A DNA stretch of 64,000 nucleotides from Macrostomum lignano (taxonomy: Eukaryota), in NCBI GenBank assembly GCA_002269645.1, contig NIVC01002176.1:131910-195909 (forward strand), written 5' to 3'. Under the pieces are notes generated by a model. The model searched no databases, was not told where the DNA came from, and saw only the letters and a program-made list of their open reading frames with translations. Positions 42,654 to 53,523 of the stretch are shown one piece after another. Numbering within the stretch: position 1 is the first letter of the stretch; each line of letters opens with the position of its first letter. Made by a program: the position numbers and the translations under genes.

Positions 42654-44490
42654 CAGGGGCGTCGCCATGGATTTTATGTGTGGGGACGAAGCCAAGAATT
42701 CTACATGCACAGGATTTAATTCGTAAATGCGCATTGTTTTGAGAATCGGTATCGTTAGCGCTCATTTCGGCACCGTAGGCACTTGTATTGGCGCCGCAGG
42801 CAGGCACTCATTTTGGCGCCGCAGGGAGGCACTCATTTTGGCGCCGCAGGCAGGCACTCATTTTGGCGCCGCAGGGAGGCACTCATATTGGCGCCGCAGG
42901 CAGGCACTCATTTTGGCGCCGCAGGCAGGCACTCATTTTGGCGCCGCAGGCAGGCACTCATTTTGGCGCCGCAGGGAGGCACTCATTTTGGCGCCGCAGG
43001 CAGGCACTCATTTTGGCGCCGCAGGCAGGCAATCATTTTGGCGCCGCAGGCAGGCACTCATTTTGGCGCCGCAGGCAGGCACTCATTTTGGCGCCGCAGG
43101 GAGGCACTCATTTTGGCGCCGCAGGCAGGCACTCATTTTGGCGCCGCAGGCAGGCACTCATTTTGGCGCCGCAGGCAGGCAATCGTTTTGGCGCCGCAGG
43201 GAGGCACTCATTTTGGCGCCGCAGGCAGGCACTCATTTTGGCGCCGCAGGGAGGCACTCATTTTGGCGCCGCAGGGAGGCACTCATTTTGGCGCCGCAGG
43301 CAGGCACTCATTTTGGCGCCGCAGGCAGGCAATCATTTTGGCGCCGCAGGCAGGCACTCATTTTGGCGCCGCAGGCAGGCACTCATTTTGGCGCCGCAGG
43401 GAGGCACTCATTTTGGCGCCGCAGGCAGGCACTCATTTTGGCGCCGCAGGCAGGCACTCATTTTGGCGCCGCAGGCAGGCAATCGTTTTGGCGCCGCAGG
43501 GAGGCACTCATTTTGGCGCCGCAGGCAGGCACTCATTTTGGCGCCGCAGGGAGGCACTCATTTTGGCGCCGCAGGCAGGCACTCATTTTGGCGCCGCAGG
43601 CAGGCACTCATTTTGGCGCCGCAGGGAGGCACTCATTTTGGCGCCGCAGGGAGGCACTCATTTTAGCGCCGCAGGGAGGCACTCATTTTGGCGCCGCAGG
43701 CAGGCACTCATTTTGGCGCCGCAGGGAGGCACTCATTTTGGCGCCGCAGGCAGGCACTCATTTTGGCGCCGCAGGGAGGCACTCATTTTGGCGCCGCAGG
43801 GAGGCACTCATTTTGGCGCCGCAGGCAGGCACTCATTTTGGCGCCGCAGGCAGGCACTCATTTTGGCGCCGCAGGCAGGCACTCATTTTGGCGCCGCAGG
43901 CAGGCACTCATTTTGGCGCCGCAGGCAGGCACTCATTTTGGCGCCGCAGGCAGGCACTCATTTTGGCGCCGCAGGCAGGCACTCATTTTGGCGCCGCAGG
44001 CAGGCACTCATTTTGGCGCCGCAGGGAGGCACTCATTTTGGCGCCGCAGGCAGGCACTCATTTTGGCGCCGCAGGCAGGCAATCATTTTGGCGCCGCAGG
44101 CAGGCACTCATTTTGGCGCCGCAGGCAGGCACTCATTTTGGCGCCGCAGGGAGGCACTCATTTTGGCGCCGCAGGCAGGCACTCATTTTGGCGCCGCAGG
44201 CAGGCACTCATTTTGGCGCCGCAGGCAGGCAATCGTTTTGGCGCCGCAGGGAGGCACTCATTTTGGCGCCGCAGGCAGGCACTCATTTTGGCGCCGCAGG
44301 GAGGCACTCATTTTGGCGCCGCAGGGAGGCACTCATTTTGGCGCCGCAGGCAGGCACTCATTTTGGCGCCGCAGGCAGGCATACATTTTGGCGCCGCAGG
44401 CAATCATTTTGCATGGCGCCGCATCCAGGCAATCCTTTTGGCATCGCGCAGGGAGGCGCTCATTTTGTAGTGGGGGGGGGGTTGGCTGTT
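42654..44490 (+). mobile_element. hAT-MITE relative of 38558-38859 with an internally expanded tandem array
   Basis: Starts CAGGGGCGTCGCCATGGATTTTATG..GACGAAGCCAAGAATTC, colinear with the reverse complement of 38760-38859. The right terminus is degenerate and no TSD was found. Confidence 0.7.
42790..44400. repeat. 25-bp satellite (GGCGCCGCAGG[C/G]AGGCACTCATTTT), about 64 copies, with 150/300-bp higher-order structure
   Basis: Direct periodicity; variant units at 43031, 43181, 43331, 43481, 44081 and 44231. Confidence 0.96.
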
Positions 44491-46041
44491 GCTGAGTATG
44501 CATAAATGTGTCCTTAATTTTTCAGCTGTTGATTCAGTAGAATTTTAGTCTAAGTCCGCAACTGATCTGTTTTCTGCGTGTACTGCAACACGCTCGTAGT
44601 CCATCTAAGCAATCGCTGGACTAGTAGGCCTGGACTAGCGGAGTCGACCGCGGTTAGTACGCCTATGTACGCTGCAAATATACCTGTAGCGGTTATTAAA
44701 AACTATTTAGAGAAGACAATGGAGTTAGTGCATGAACTTCTTTAACCATTGTCTGAAAATAATCAGAGATGCATGCAGCATTGCGCTTTGTGAAGATATC
44801 ATTGATACGTGGCAGGCTGGCAACCCGCACAGCAAGCAATCCATCGTCGATGCAATGTAAAGGTGAAGCTGAAGCTTGCAATCCAATGATTACTCGTAAG
44901 ATATCCTCGGTCTTTCCTCTATTGATCTGTAGAATATTTTAAAATGTTGCGATTGTACATGCATACCACTAAAGGAAAGACTAGATTTGATTTTGTTCCA
45001 TGATTTTACGGAGGCTTAAACTTTATAGAGTTCTTTTAACAAAAACTGTTAAGCCAATTTGTAGTGTTCTGTTAGTTTTATTCTCTAAATTGTTAATTGG
45101 ATTTCTCCGGTCATTTAAATACAATTAAATTCGTAGAGATGCTACACATTCTTTACGAGTACATGCAGGCATTTCCCAGTCCTGACAATGAGTTTGACTG
45201 CTCCTTTGTAATCTAATCAAAGTCAAGCGACTTTGCCAACAAATCGTTTGCCACTTTGCTACGGTTTCAGCGAAGCCTTTCGCAAAATTCTTGTGTGGTT
45301 TACGTGCAGCTAAAATAGACTACCGAGGACGGCCAAGGCATCGAGAGCTGCCCGAGAAGAAGGCCCGCTGCAGTGTCAGCTCAAGCTAAATGGTCTCAAA
45401 GTGAGATATGATTAAACGACCAAGCCTGCAGGGGAGTCTCCCCCGAGCACAATTGTAGCAGACCTCGGTAACAGAGGCCAAGAAAGGCGGACGGACTAAC
45501 TGATACCGATAATAATTAGTTTATAAGAAGCCTATCGTTTGACGACCAATATTACTCAAAAACTGCAGAAACCATTTAAAACGAGAAAAAAACCAATTGA
45601 TAAACAGGAAAAGCTTATTTACCAATTAGAATTCATAACTGAATATATATAGAGAACGTATTATTTGCTTTATTAACATGTTCATATATGAAATACTTTC
45701 AGTCTGGATTTTAATCATCCAAATATGAAAGCTAAATAAATAAACATTGATATTATTAACATTTGCTCAAAATAGTTTTTAAGCGCGGAGTCAATTAACA
45801 GCCAATAGCATTATTCATTAAGCAGAGCGATTCCCCCTACTTCAAGTAGCATAGATGACGTTTCATACGAAATTAGGATTATCAAAACAAAAATTACCTG
45901 GCAATCAGAAGCCATAGCGGATCAGTTCAGAAGACTTTTGGCCCAAATACTTAATTAGTCAAGACTTAAAACTTCCACTTTCCATGGCTTGCTCCGCCCA
46001 CCCAAAGAGTCGACAAGACCCGAATTTGTTAAACTTTGCAG

Positions 46042-46467
46042 TCACCGCAACCGCGAACTGACATCCTGAAACTCCCTGTCCGCCTCCTTCTTCTTTTTAA
46101 GAAACTTCTCAGCCTTGCCCCTGTCCTTCTCCTGCAAAGCCGATTTGGCGTGCTGAGCATAGGTGGCCGACAACTGCTGCAGCACTGAGCAGTACTGCCG
46201 CTTCTCAGCCTCGCCACAGTTGGCCAGCAGCTGCTTGTGCTGGGCGAGGCGCTGCTCAAGGCCTCTGACTGCTTCGGCAGCTTTCGAGTTCGTGCCAGCG
46301 TGCGGCTTCAGCAGGCTGATCTCGTACTGCAGCACGTAGGCGCTGCTCTCCGGCACTGAGCCCTGAGGATGGCCAGCCCGACTGCCGCCTGCTCTGCTGG
46401 CCGATGCCTGGCGGCTTGGCGGCAGCTCCTGGTTGGTGTGCTCAATTAGCAGCCACTGCTCACGGAC
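46042..46467 (-). CDS. Isolated terminal coding exon resembling the C-terminus of CC2D1A/B (Lethal giant discs) proteins
   Basis: Acceptor CCTCTTCCTTCAG then 142 codons to TGA. VREQWLLIE, SSAYVLQYE and RQYCSVLQQ..YAQHAK..AEKFLKKK..DREFQ match the CC2D1 C-terminal pattern as I recall it. No upstream exons were recognised. Confidence 0.55.
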   Translation of the reverse strand, partial: VREQWLLIEHTNQELPPSRQASASRAGGSRAGHPQGSVPESSAYVLQYEISLLKPHAGTNSKAAEAVRGLEQRLAQHKQLLANCGEAEKRQYCSVLQQLSATYAQHAKSALQEKDRGKAEKFLKKKKEADREFQDVSSRLR

Positions 46468-46530
46468 CTGAAGGAAGAGGAGTGAGGGATGGCATAGATC
46501 TAGGGATTGTTGAGTGGAACAATCCATGAC

Positions 46531-46808
46531 GGGGTTGTAGCCTAGTGGTTAGAGCGACTAAAAGGTTGGGAGTTCGATTCGCGACCAACTCGGAACAATT
46601 TGTGTCCTTGAGCAGTCACTTAACTCTGCATTGCTTCAGTTCACCCAGCTGTAAAAAGTGTGTGTGGCGATCCCAGTCTTTTGGCTTTAAAAAGCGGTAC
46701 GCAGCCTTCAGAAGCGCCGCGGAATAGCTGCGGCTGAGCTGTCGGTTGCACATTTGTCTATTAGGGCAGGTGTAGTCAATTTTTATTATTAGTATTAGTT
46801 ATTATAAG
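46531..46808 (+). mobile_element. tRNA-derived SINE with a CORE-like central domain
   Basis: A box TAGCCTAGTGG and B box GTTCGATTC, then TGTGTCCTTGAGCAGTCACTTAACTCTGCATTGCTTCAGTTCACCCAGCTGTAAAA, which resembles the MIR CORE; the tail is (TTA)-like. Confidence 0.75.
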
Positions 46809-47232
46809 TTTAAGTAATTAAAATTTCGCTAAGAGCGCTTTCGAAAAGAAAAATTTTCATCGAATTAGCTGTTAATAATCTGTTTGACGCGCCCAGCTCT
46901 TGTTTTTGCTTGGAGTTGTTTTCCATTTATGCTCGCGAATCAAGCGGATGCGACAAGGGCATAGAAACCCCACACAAGGGGCCAAGGACATTCAGACCAT
47001 AGAGAGCTTAATTTAATGGCTATTATTTTATGTGAAATCAGATTGCTTATTTTTGGGATATTCCATCTGGTCGACCGTGGTTTCGGGCGGGGGTGCGGGG
47101 GCAGAGCCGTTTGAAGACCATTAAATGATTTTTTGGTCCCGGTATAGAAGTATTTGTACCATAGACTATTGATTCTTTGCTGCGAAGGCGCCCATTAAAG
47201 GTCAATTAAATAAGCAATCGGATTTTATATTT

Positions 47233-47317
47233 TCATGAAACTGTAATCGCTGTCACTTATCACTTGTAACTTGTAATTTGTCACTTGTCACTTGTACTTG
47301 CTTCATGAAATCGGCCC
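47233..47317. mobile_element. Orphan terminus of a related Harbinger-type element
   Basis: ACTTGTC/ACTTGTA subterminal motifs and TIR ..TTCATGAAATCGGCCC followed by CAG. Confidence 0.6.
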
Positions 47318-47633
47318 CAGGTATTGAAAAGTTTCAAGCCAGGGGTGGATTTCATTAAGCCACTTGTCAGACAAATTACAAGTGACAAGTGGCAATTCCG
47401 ACAAGTAATATGTTTCATGAGAAGTTATGACAAATTAACAAGTTACAAGTAACAAGTGACAATCTGTCAAGCGCTATCCTGGCCACTTGTAAACATTGAC
47501 TACGCTTTTGTCGCCAAGCAATCACTGGGATTCTATGGAGCACATGGCCCTTGTATGAAATTTGAAAAGTGGTCCGTGCACTTGTCAAGTGTGCATTTAA
47601 ACTCCACTATCAATTTTGCGAGCCATCAGCGTG

Positions 47634-47880
47634 ATGTTTAGCGATAGTGAGGATGAGGACGATTGGTTGTTTAAACAAGCAGGGCCCGCGCAGTGAATCT
47701 TCAAAGAAAGAATAAATTTTCACCCTCGTGGATTGGACTTTTCGGAAAGATTTCGCCTCTCCGCAAAACAAGGGGAGAGTCTGCTGGAGTCAGTTGGTCC
47801 CGTGTTAACATTTGACTTGTTAAAAAAAGGTGCCTTGACCGCAAAGGAGCAGCTTTTTTGGCTTCTTTGTCCTTCATTTA
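47634..47880 (+). pseudogene. Harbinger transposase N-terminal fragment (in-frame TGA, truncated)
   Basis: MFSDSEDED..*IFKERINF..DFSERFRLS..ESLLESVGPVL..GALTAKEQL is the typical HARBI1-like N-terminus. Confidence 0.7.
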
Positions 47881-48099
47881 AAATAGGGAAAAATGTGTCA
47901 GATGACAAATAGGGAGACTAAACAAACATCTTCGACGAGATTAAAGATGCAGAAAAGCCTGTTCACTCAGAATAAAACTAGATCTTAATTCGACAGTCTA
48001 TGGCCAGACTGAGAGATCGGTTAACAAACTGAGCCAAGAAATTCTAAATCTAAACTGGAATAACAACTGAAATAGCGGTGAGGACTTTTTATACAAGAT

Positions 48100-48736
48100 A
48101 AGGCTTATCGCGATTGCCACAGACATAGGGAGGATTCGTTTGCCTACGTTACGTTTACGTTTTGTTACGTTTTGATGGGTAAGATTCAGTCTGACGACAT
48201 CGAAGCGCGGTTCGGATGGATTCGTCAACTCAGTGGAGCCAATTACTTCATTTCGATGCGGCAACTTACCGAGAGTGACAAAAAGATTAAAGCTATTTCG
48301 CTTCTCAGATATTCAGGTCTGACAGTGCGCGATCTGGACAAAGCGCTTCTGAAAAGGACCTGTCCGGATAGTAACAAGACACGCAAACTGGCGGCTGAGA
48401 TTCGTGAAGAAGCTTGTCTTAACTGTCTACCGGACGAAAGTAACACGGCCATAGTTTATTATGTTAGTGGTTTCTGCGCGCGTTCGTTAGTTAGAACGAA
48501 CAAGTGTGAATCATGCAAACATACTCTGGTGTGCGAAAATCCGATTGTTGACTTTGAATTTGAAGAGACGTCTCAAATGAAAGAATCGTCGGAATTTCTT
48601 CGTGAAATCGATCGAGGTGGTCTCTTCTGGCCGCAGGAGCATCTGTTTCAGTTGGGCATGCTGTGATGGCGTGTCTTTACAGAAGTCAAGAACACACCCA
48701 ACCTTAAGCACAAATTTCTGTCAGCTTTCAATCAAA
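48100..48736 (+). pseudogene. P-element/THAP9-like transposase C-terminal fragment, resuming at 50637-50804 after the hAT insertion
   Basis: YVLMGKIQSDDIEARFGWIRQLSGANY, VYYVSGFCARSL..KCESC and IDRGGL. The frame KHKFLSAF-NQRETFYF..IINRFFQ resumes after the hAT right end. Confidence 0.7.
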
Positions 48737-50636
48737 CTTTGATTGGAAGTCAAACAAATCAAACTTTGACTTGTTCGACGAGATCAAGAAGGTCGCCTTT
48801 CTTCGGCCGGTAGAAACACGTTGGCTGCAACTTCTTCCAGTCGTTCAGCGTGTGCTTCGCATGTATCAACCGATTGTCCGCTTCTTTTCTGACTCAAAGA
48901 CAAAGGCTACTGGCGCCAACTTTGCCGCTATTAAGGCTGACGTGCGAGACCCCAAGGTTGAGTTTTTTCTGACTTTTCTAGCAGAGGTTCTCCAGCCACT
49001 GCAGCAATTCGAGATGCTGTTTTAACAGCAGGGTTGCCAGATTCATCATCTGTATTCGCAGCTCGTGGATGTTACCAAGCGCTGGCTCCTACGCTTTGTA
49101 AAACAGAGAAGCTGCCAAAGAAGAAGCTTTCGAAGCTGGACATCGCGGACGAGTCAATTTGGCTGCCGCCATACGAGATCAGCATGGGTGAACCTGCCAA
49201 GCGTCATTTTGTTGACAGGACAGGAGAGAATCAGCAGGAGTGTCTTGTGTCTGTGAAGGCATTCTTCAGGACTGGTACAGCCAAGCTTTTCGACTATCTG
49301 CCGCTAAATAACAGCATTCTCTGCGCCTGCCAGCTCCTCGATCCCAAGAAGCAAGGCAGCAAAGATTTTGTGCAATGGGCTTCCACCTTGGCCAAACATC
49401 TGCCAGTGGTTGTGCCCGACACGGAGATCGGCAACTTGGAGACTGAGGCGCGCCTTCACCAACTTCACCTGAAGGAGACACCAGGCACAGGCACAGCCAT
49501 GGACATGACTGTGACAGACTTCTGGAGTTACATTGCCGCTGACACGGACAGAAGTCGTCCTCTCCTATTGCGTCTGGTCCAAGCGTTGCTTGTTCTGCCT
49601 CATGGCAACGCAGATGTGGAACGCGTGTTCAGCAGTCTAAGTGATGCTGTCACGAAGAAGCGCTGCAGTCTTGCACCACAAACAGTGAAGGCGATTCTAG
49701 TAGCCCACTCCTGCCTGCAGGTGAAGCAGTGGTCTGCAGCAACTATTCCGATTGTTCCACAGCTGCAGAACATGTGTGCCAGTGCTTGTGCTGCTTATCG
49801 TCAGCGCCTGCAAGACGAGAAGATTGCTGCCGAGCGGGAACGAACACAGCAACTGGAAGCCAGTGTCGTGACGGAGCTGCAGGCTGAGAAGAAAGCCAGC
49901 AAAAAGTGTACACGCACCTGGACAAGTCGCTGGAGCAGGTCGAGCTGGACATCCAGCGGAAGCAAAAGGAGAAGGAAGACTCCCATAAGCTGCTTCACGA
50001 GTTGACGGCGGCCACCAAGAGCAAGGACGCCGAGATTGAAGAACTGAGGCGTCAGCAGCAGAATGTGCAGAAGAAGAAGCAGAAGGAGGCAGAGAAGCTA
50101 GCTGAGCTCGTCTTGAAGCGCAAGGCTGCTGAGCTGCTGTCAACGTCGTCAATCACCAGCACGAGCAGTCGTCTGTCTGCAGACATCGCCAACAAGAAGT
50201 TCAGGCGGGACACGGCTGGGACTTGAGAGACATGCTAATTGGTAGCCAGACGCATGCTGCTAATGACAACTGTTGCAAATTGGAAATTGCACGTCATGTG
50301 TGACTGTGAAGTTCACGTCATACAACAAACTATTTTAACTGATTTATTTTTTTTGCATATACAGTGTCTTGTAATTGTGAATTCGCCAACATGCATATTC
50401 AGCACAATGCTTACTTTTCTTTCTGCGGCAATCTTTCTTTTGTCTGTGTTGTCTGGTTTGTTTGTTGTCTGGCTTGTTTGTTATCTGGATTGGACAAATC
50501 ACAAGTATAAAGCAAAATTATGCATCTTAACAAGTGTCATCAATTGACTTATTTGGCTGTCAGTAGAATATTATTGGCATGGCGCGAAAACTTTCAGTCG
50601 GCGCGAAATTTGGCAAACTTTCCAATCACACCACTG
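48737..50636 (+). mobile_element. 5'-deleted hAT transposon with the transposase C-terminal half
   Basis: ETRWL motif and dimerisation domain FWS..LLVLPHGNADVERVFS. The right terminus reads CAGTGGTGTGATTGGAAAG on the minus strand and is followed by AATCAAAG; on the left, AATCAAAC precedes a TIR remnant TGATTGGAAG. Confidence 0.8.
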
Positions 50637-52144
50637 AATCAAAGGGAGACATTTTATTTCGTGATGGACCTCGTGCTGACAGATCATGGTGACTTTCTAT
50701 TTGGTAGGACACACTGCACCGCTGGCCCTGATCTGGCCATGGTCCGCGAGATAATCAACAGGTTTTTTCAATTGCATGTCCAAGATGCTAACAAAACAGA
50801 TTAATCAAGCTGAGACAAACAAAACATTGAAGAGGAAGTTTACGAAACTGCAAAAACTCACAGGTGGGAAGCATTGATTTTGATGCGTGGTGCCCACTAA
50901 CAATTTTGCGTATAGCCAGACTGGCGTAACTGGCCTGGCAAAAGTGAGATTCATTTAGTTTTATTGCTGTATTCTTTCTCTGCTTGCCAGACATTTCTGA
51001 ATTGTGCTTACAGTTTTTGTTTCTTTTTGTTTGCTCTTCGATGCATTTTCTCAACACAGTTTATAAGCCATCTATTCTTGCTTTGCTTGCTTGACATACT
51101 CCTGTGCCTACTTGTGTTACATCTAGAAATTGATATAATTTCAACGTCTTCTTAAGTCGCGTTTCATTCCTCTGCTTTTGTTATTGTTTCGGAAGTATAT
51201 TTTTGTAAGGGGTTTTTCAGTAATGAGGCGAGAGCAAGGCGGCGGTTCAACTGGTTAATGGGTTTATAGAATAATGTTATTGGAATCTAGAAAAGATTCG
51301 TGAAGAGATTCCAGCTGAGCTGCTGTATATTTATAATGTTGAGATGCTCTTCCGGAAAGTTCTAGAAATATATAATGCATTATAACAAAATGATTATTAA
51401 GAAAATACTGCTAGTTATTTATCGCTAGTTTTACCCACAGACTGCGAATACTTGTTAATTATTAAATATATTGAAATGCAGTAAATGAGAAATTGCTTCA
51501 GACACAGAACTTTCTAGAAAACGTACGAATAGAAATTTCTCGAAGGTCACTACACTTTGAAATACGATCCTTCTTTTTGAATACTCTGTGTTTACATCGC
51601 ACGCTTGCGATCTCTAATCTTGGCCTCATCTTGTATAGCTGATATTTCAGTTTTTATTCCAGTTGCTAGATTTAGAATTCCTTGACTGGGCGATAAGATC
51701 TACACATTTCGGCCCATAGACATGAGTTTCGAGCGAGCACTTTTGAAAATTGTCAATCGTTTCCTAAAAGCTTCATAAATCCGAAAAAGCTACAATTTGT
51801 CCCTCGTCACTTGTCACTTGTCAAATTGTCGCTTGTCACTTGTAGTTTTCTCATGAAATCCACTCCAGTAGGGCAGTCATGCAGAACTGACGACTTCGAG
51901 AAATGCGAAAAAAACAGATGGAGAGGCAGAGCCATGGGGATGCGTTAACCGTGAGGGCAAGAAACAAGTCAAGAAGGGGAGCAGCTGGTTGGCGCATTGT
52001 CTTTTACTAGCTCAGCCTCGCATGCGCCCCGCCCCGCAGTCCCGAGTAACCATGGGAAAGTTTTTGTCACGCAAATAAAAAAGAACATACGATGGTGAGA
52101 ATAGGGACGGAGTTGAACCGCTCGTGCTAAGCGAATTCGACAGC

Positions 52145-53523
52145 ATGTCTCGATTCCTACTAGCTGTTGGATTCTCCCTGTGCCTGCTGACTGTTGTCAG
52201 CGCCGAGACTGGTACGTTGCATTAACAGATAAGACTGTCTTCTTTCAGAACTCGTATATCTTTGATCAATACTCGCACATGTCAAGTTGATGCGCAAAAT
52301 GTTTCATTGCAGTTTTTTACACTGATGAGGCTATCCAGACAACATCTACTCCAACGACGGTAGCGTCTGGTGGCAGCCTGACCGAGTGCGCGCTGAAATG
52401 CAAGCTGCAATTCCTGAAGGGCTGCTCCGCTGCCGCCTTTGTATCTGGGACGCAAAAATGCCTCCTCGCGGACACAACCAATGCCGACTTTCCTGGCGGA
52501 GTAGCTGTCCGAAAGCAAGCTGCGAGCACTCGTAAGAAGCTGAATGCGATGGCTGTTAAGTTTGGCTACGCTTTACTTTAACCAAATCACTTCAGACCTT
52601 ACCGTGTTCCAAACAGAAAATAGCTGTTAATTTGTGCACAAACTTAGCAACCATATGTTGATTAATGTTCACCTTACTAAGAGTAAGTGTATGTCATTAT
52701 CCGCCACAACTGTGATATTTTAGAATACTTAATAGCAACTTAAAATGAGTGTAGCAACCAAAAGTTATACTTTTTGAGCACAGTTACATGTAGACTGCTC
52801 AATATATTACAGCTATTCTCTGTCGGCAACTAACGAATGAGTTCGAAAAGAATTCAATGACAACAGAGAATTGATTGCGATTATTTTTCAGAAGACCCAG
52901 TTCAAATCGAAGGCCGAACATTTAAAATCATTCAACACCGATCGAAGGGAGTGCTCAGCTTCGGTCGCGGATGGACTGAGTATGAGGACGGCTTTGGAGA
53001 TGAGACCGACTTCTGGATTGGTGAGCAGTAATGGATTGTCACCAGAAAGGAATACATGCCATAGTTAAGGTGTCATATCAAATACATTTTGAGGTCTGAG
53101 AAAAATTCACCAGCTGACCGGAAGCTCGCCGAAGCTTCTGCGAGTCGAGGCCGTCACCTGGTCGGATGAGCTGTACGTCTGTGAGTACTCCGGCTTCACG
53201 GTGGCCGATGCCAGCACGAACTACACCATGACCTACACTTCGTACCTGAGCAGCAGCTCCAACACGACTAGCGACTCGCTTGCGGATAACAAAGGGAGGC
53301 AGTTCTCCACAATTGACCGCGACAATGACCAAATCAGTAGCTCCTGCTCTGCTGCGCGTGGCAACTCCGGTTGGTGGTTTAAAAGCTGCTCAAAGTCCAA
53401 CCCGAACGGAATTTATCACGCCTCTCCGAAGAATAATATGAGAACTATATTTATTGGATAGGCGCTACAGGTAACAGTGTGTTGACACTGAAGAGCATCC
53501 GACTCATGCTACAGCTGGCCTGA
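52145..53523 (+). pseudogene. PAN-FReD paralogue D; exons 52145-52211, 52313-52531, 52892-53020, 53094-53523; 1-bp deletion near 53438
   Basis: Same architecture as A-C. The last acceptor is TTTTGAG rather than YAG. Restoring one base gives ..ENYIYWIGATGNSVLTLKSIRLMLQLA*, colinear with A-C. This is either a pseudogene or an assembly error. Confidence 0.75.

Larger units (their letters stand above)
47343..51865 (+). mobile_element. PIF/Harbinger DNA transposon (deleted) hosting nested P-like and hAT fragments
   Basis: TIRs GGGTGGATTTCAT / GAGTGGATTTCAT, 3-bp CAG TSD (47340-47342 and 51866-51868), subterminal ACAAGTGACAAG arrays and a transposase N-terminal fragment. Confidence 0.8.

Noticed and set aside
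42727-44505. 570-592 aa ORFs (WRRRQALILAPQAGTHFGAAGRHSF)n
   Set aside because: A stop-free 25-bp satellite leaves all three frames open; it is derived from a MITE.
46531-46600. Possible tRNA gene
   Set aside because: The anticodon arm is truncated and it is followed by a CORE-like body and tail, so it is a SINE head rather than a tRNA.
51204-51387. Possible solo LTR (TGTAA...TAACA, TATA-like core)
   Set aside because: No matching 4-6-bp TSD and no second copy in the window.
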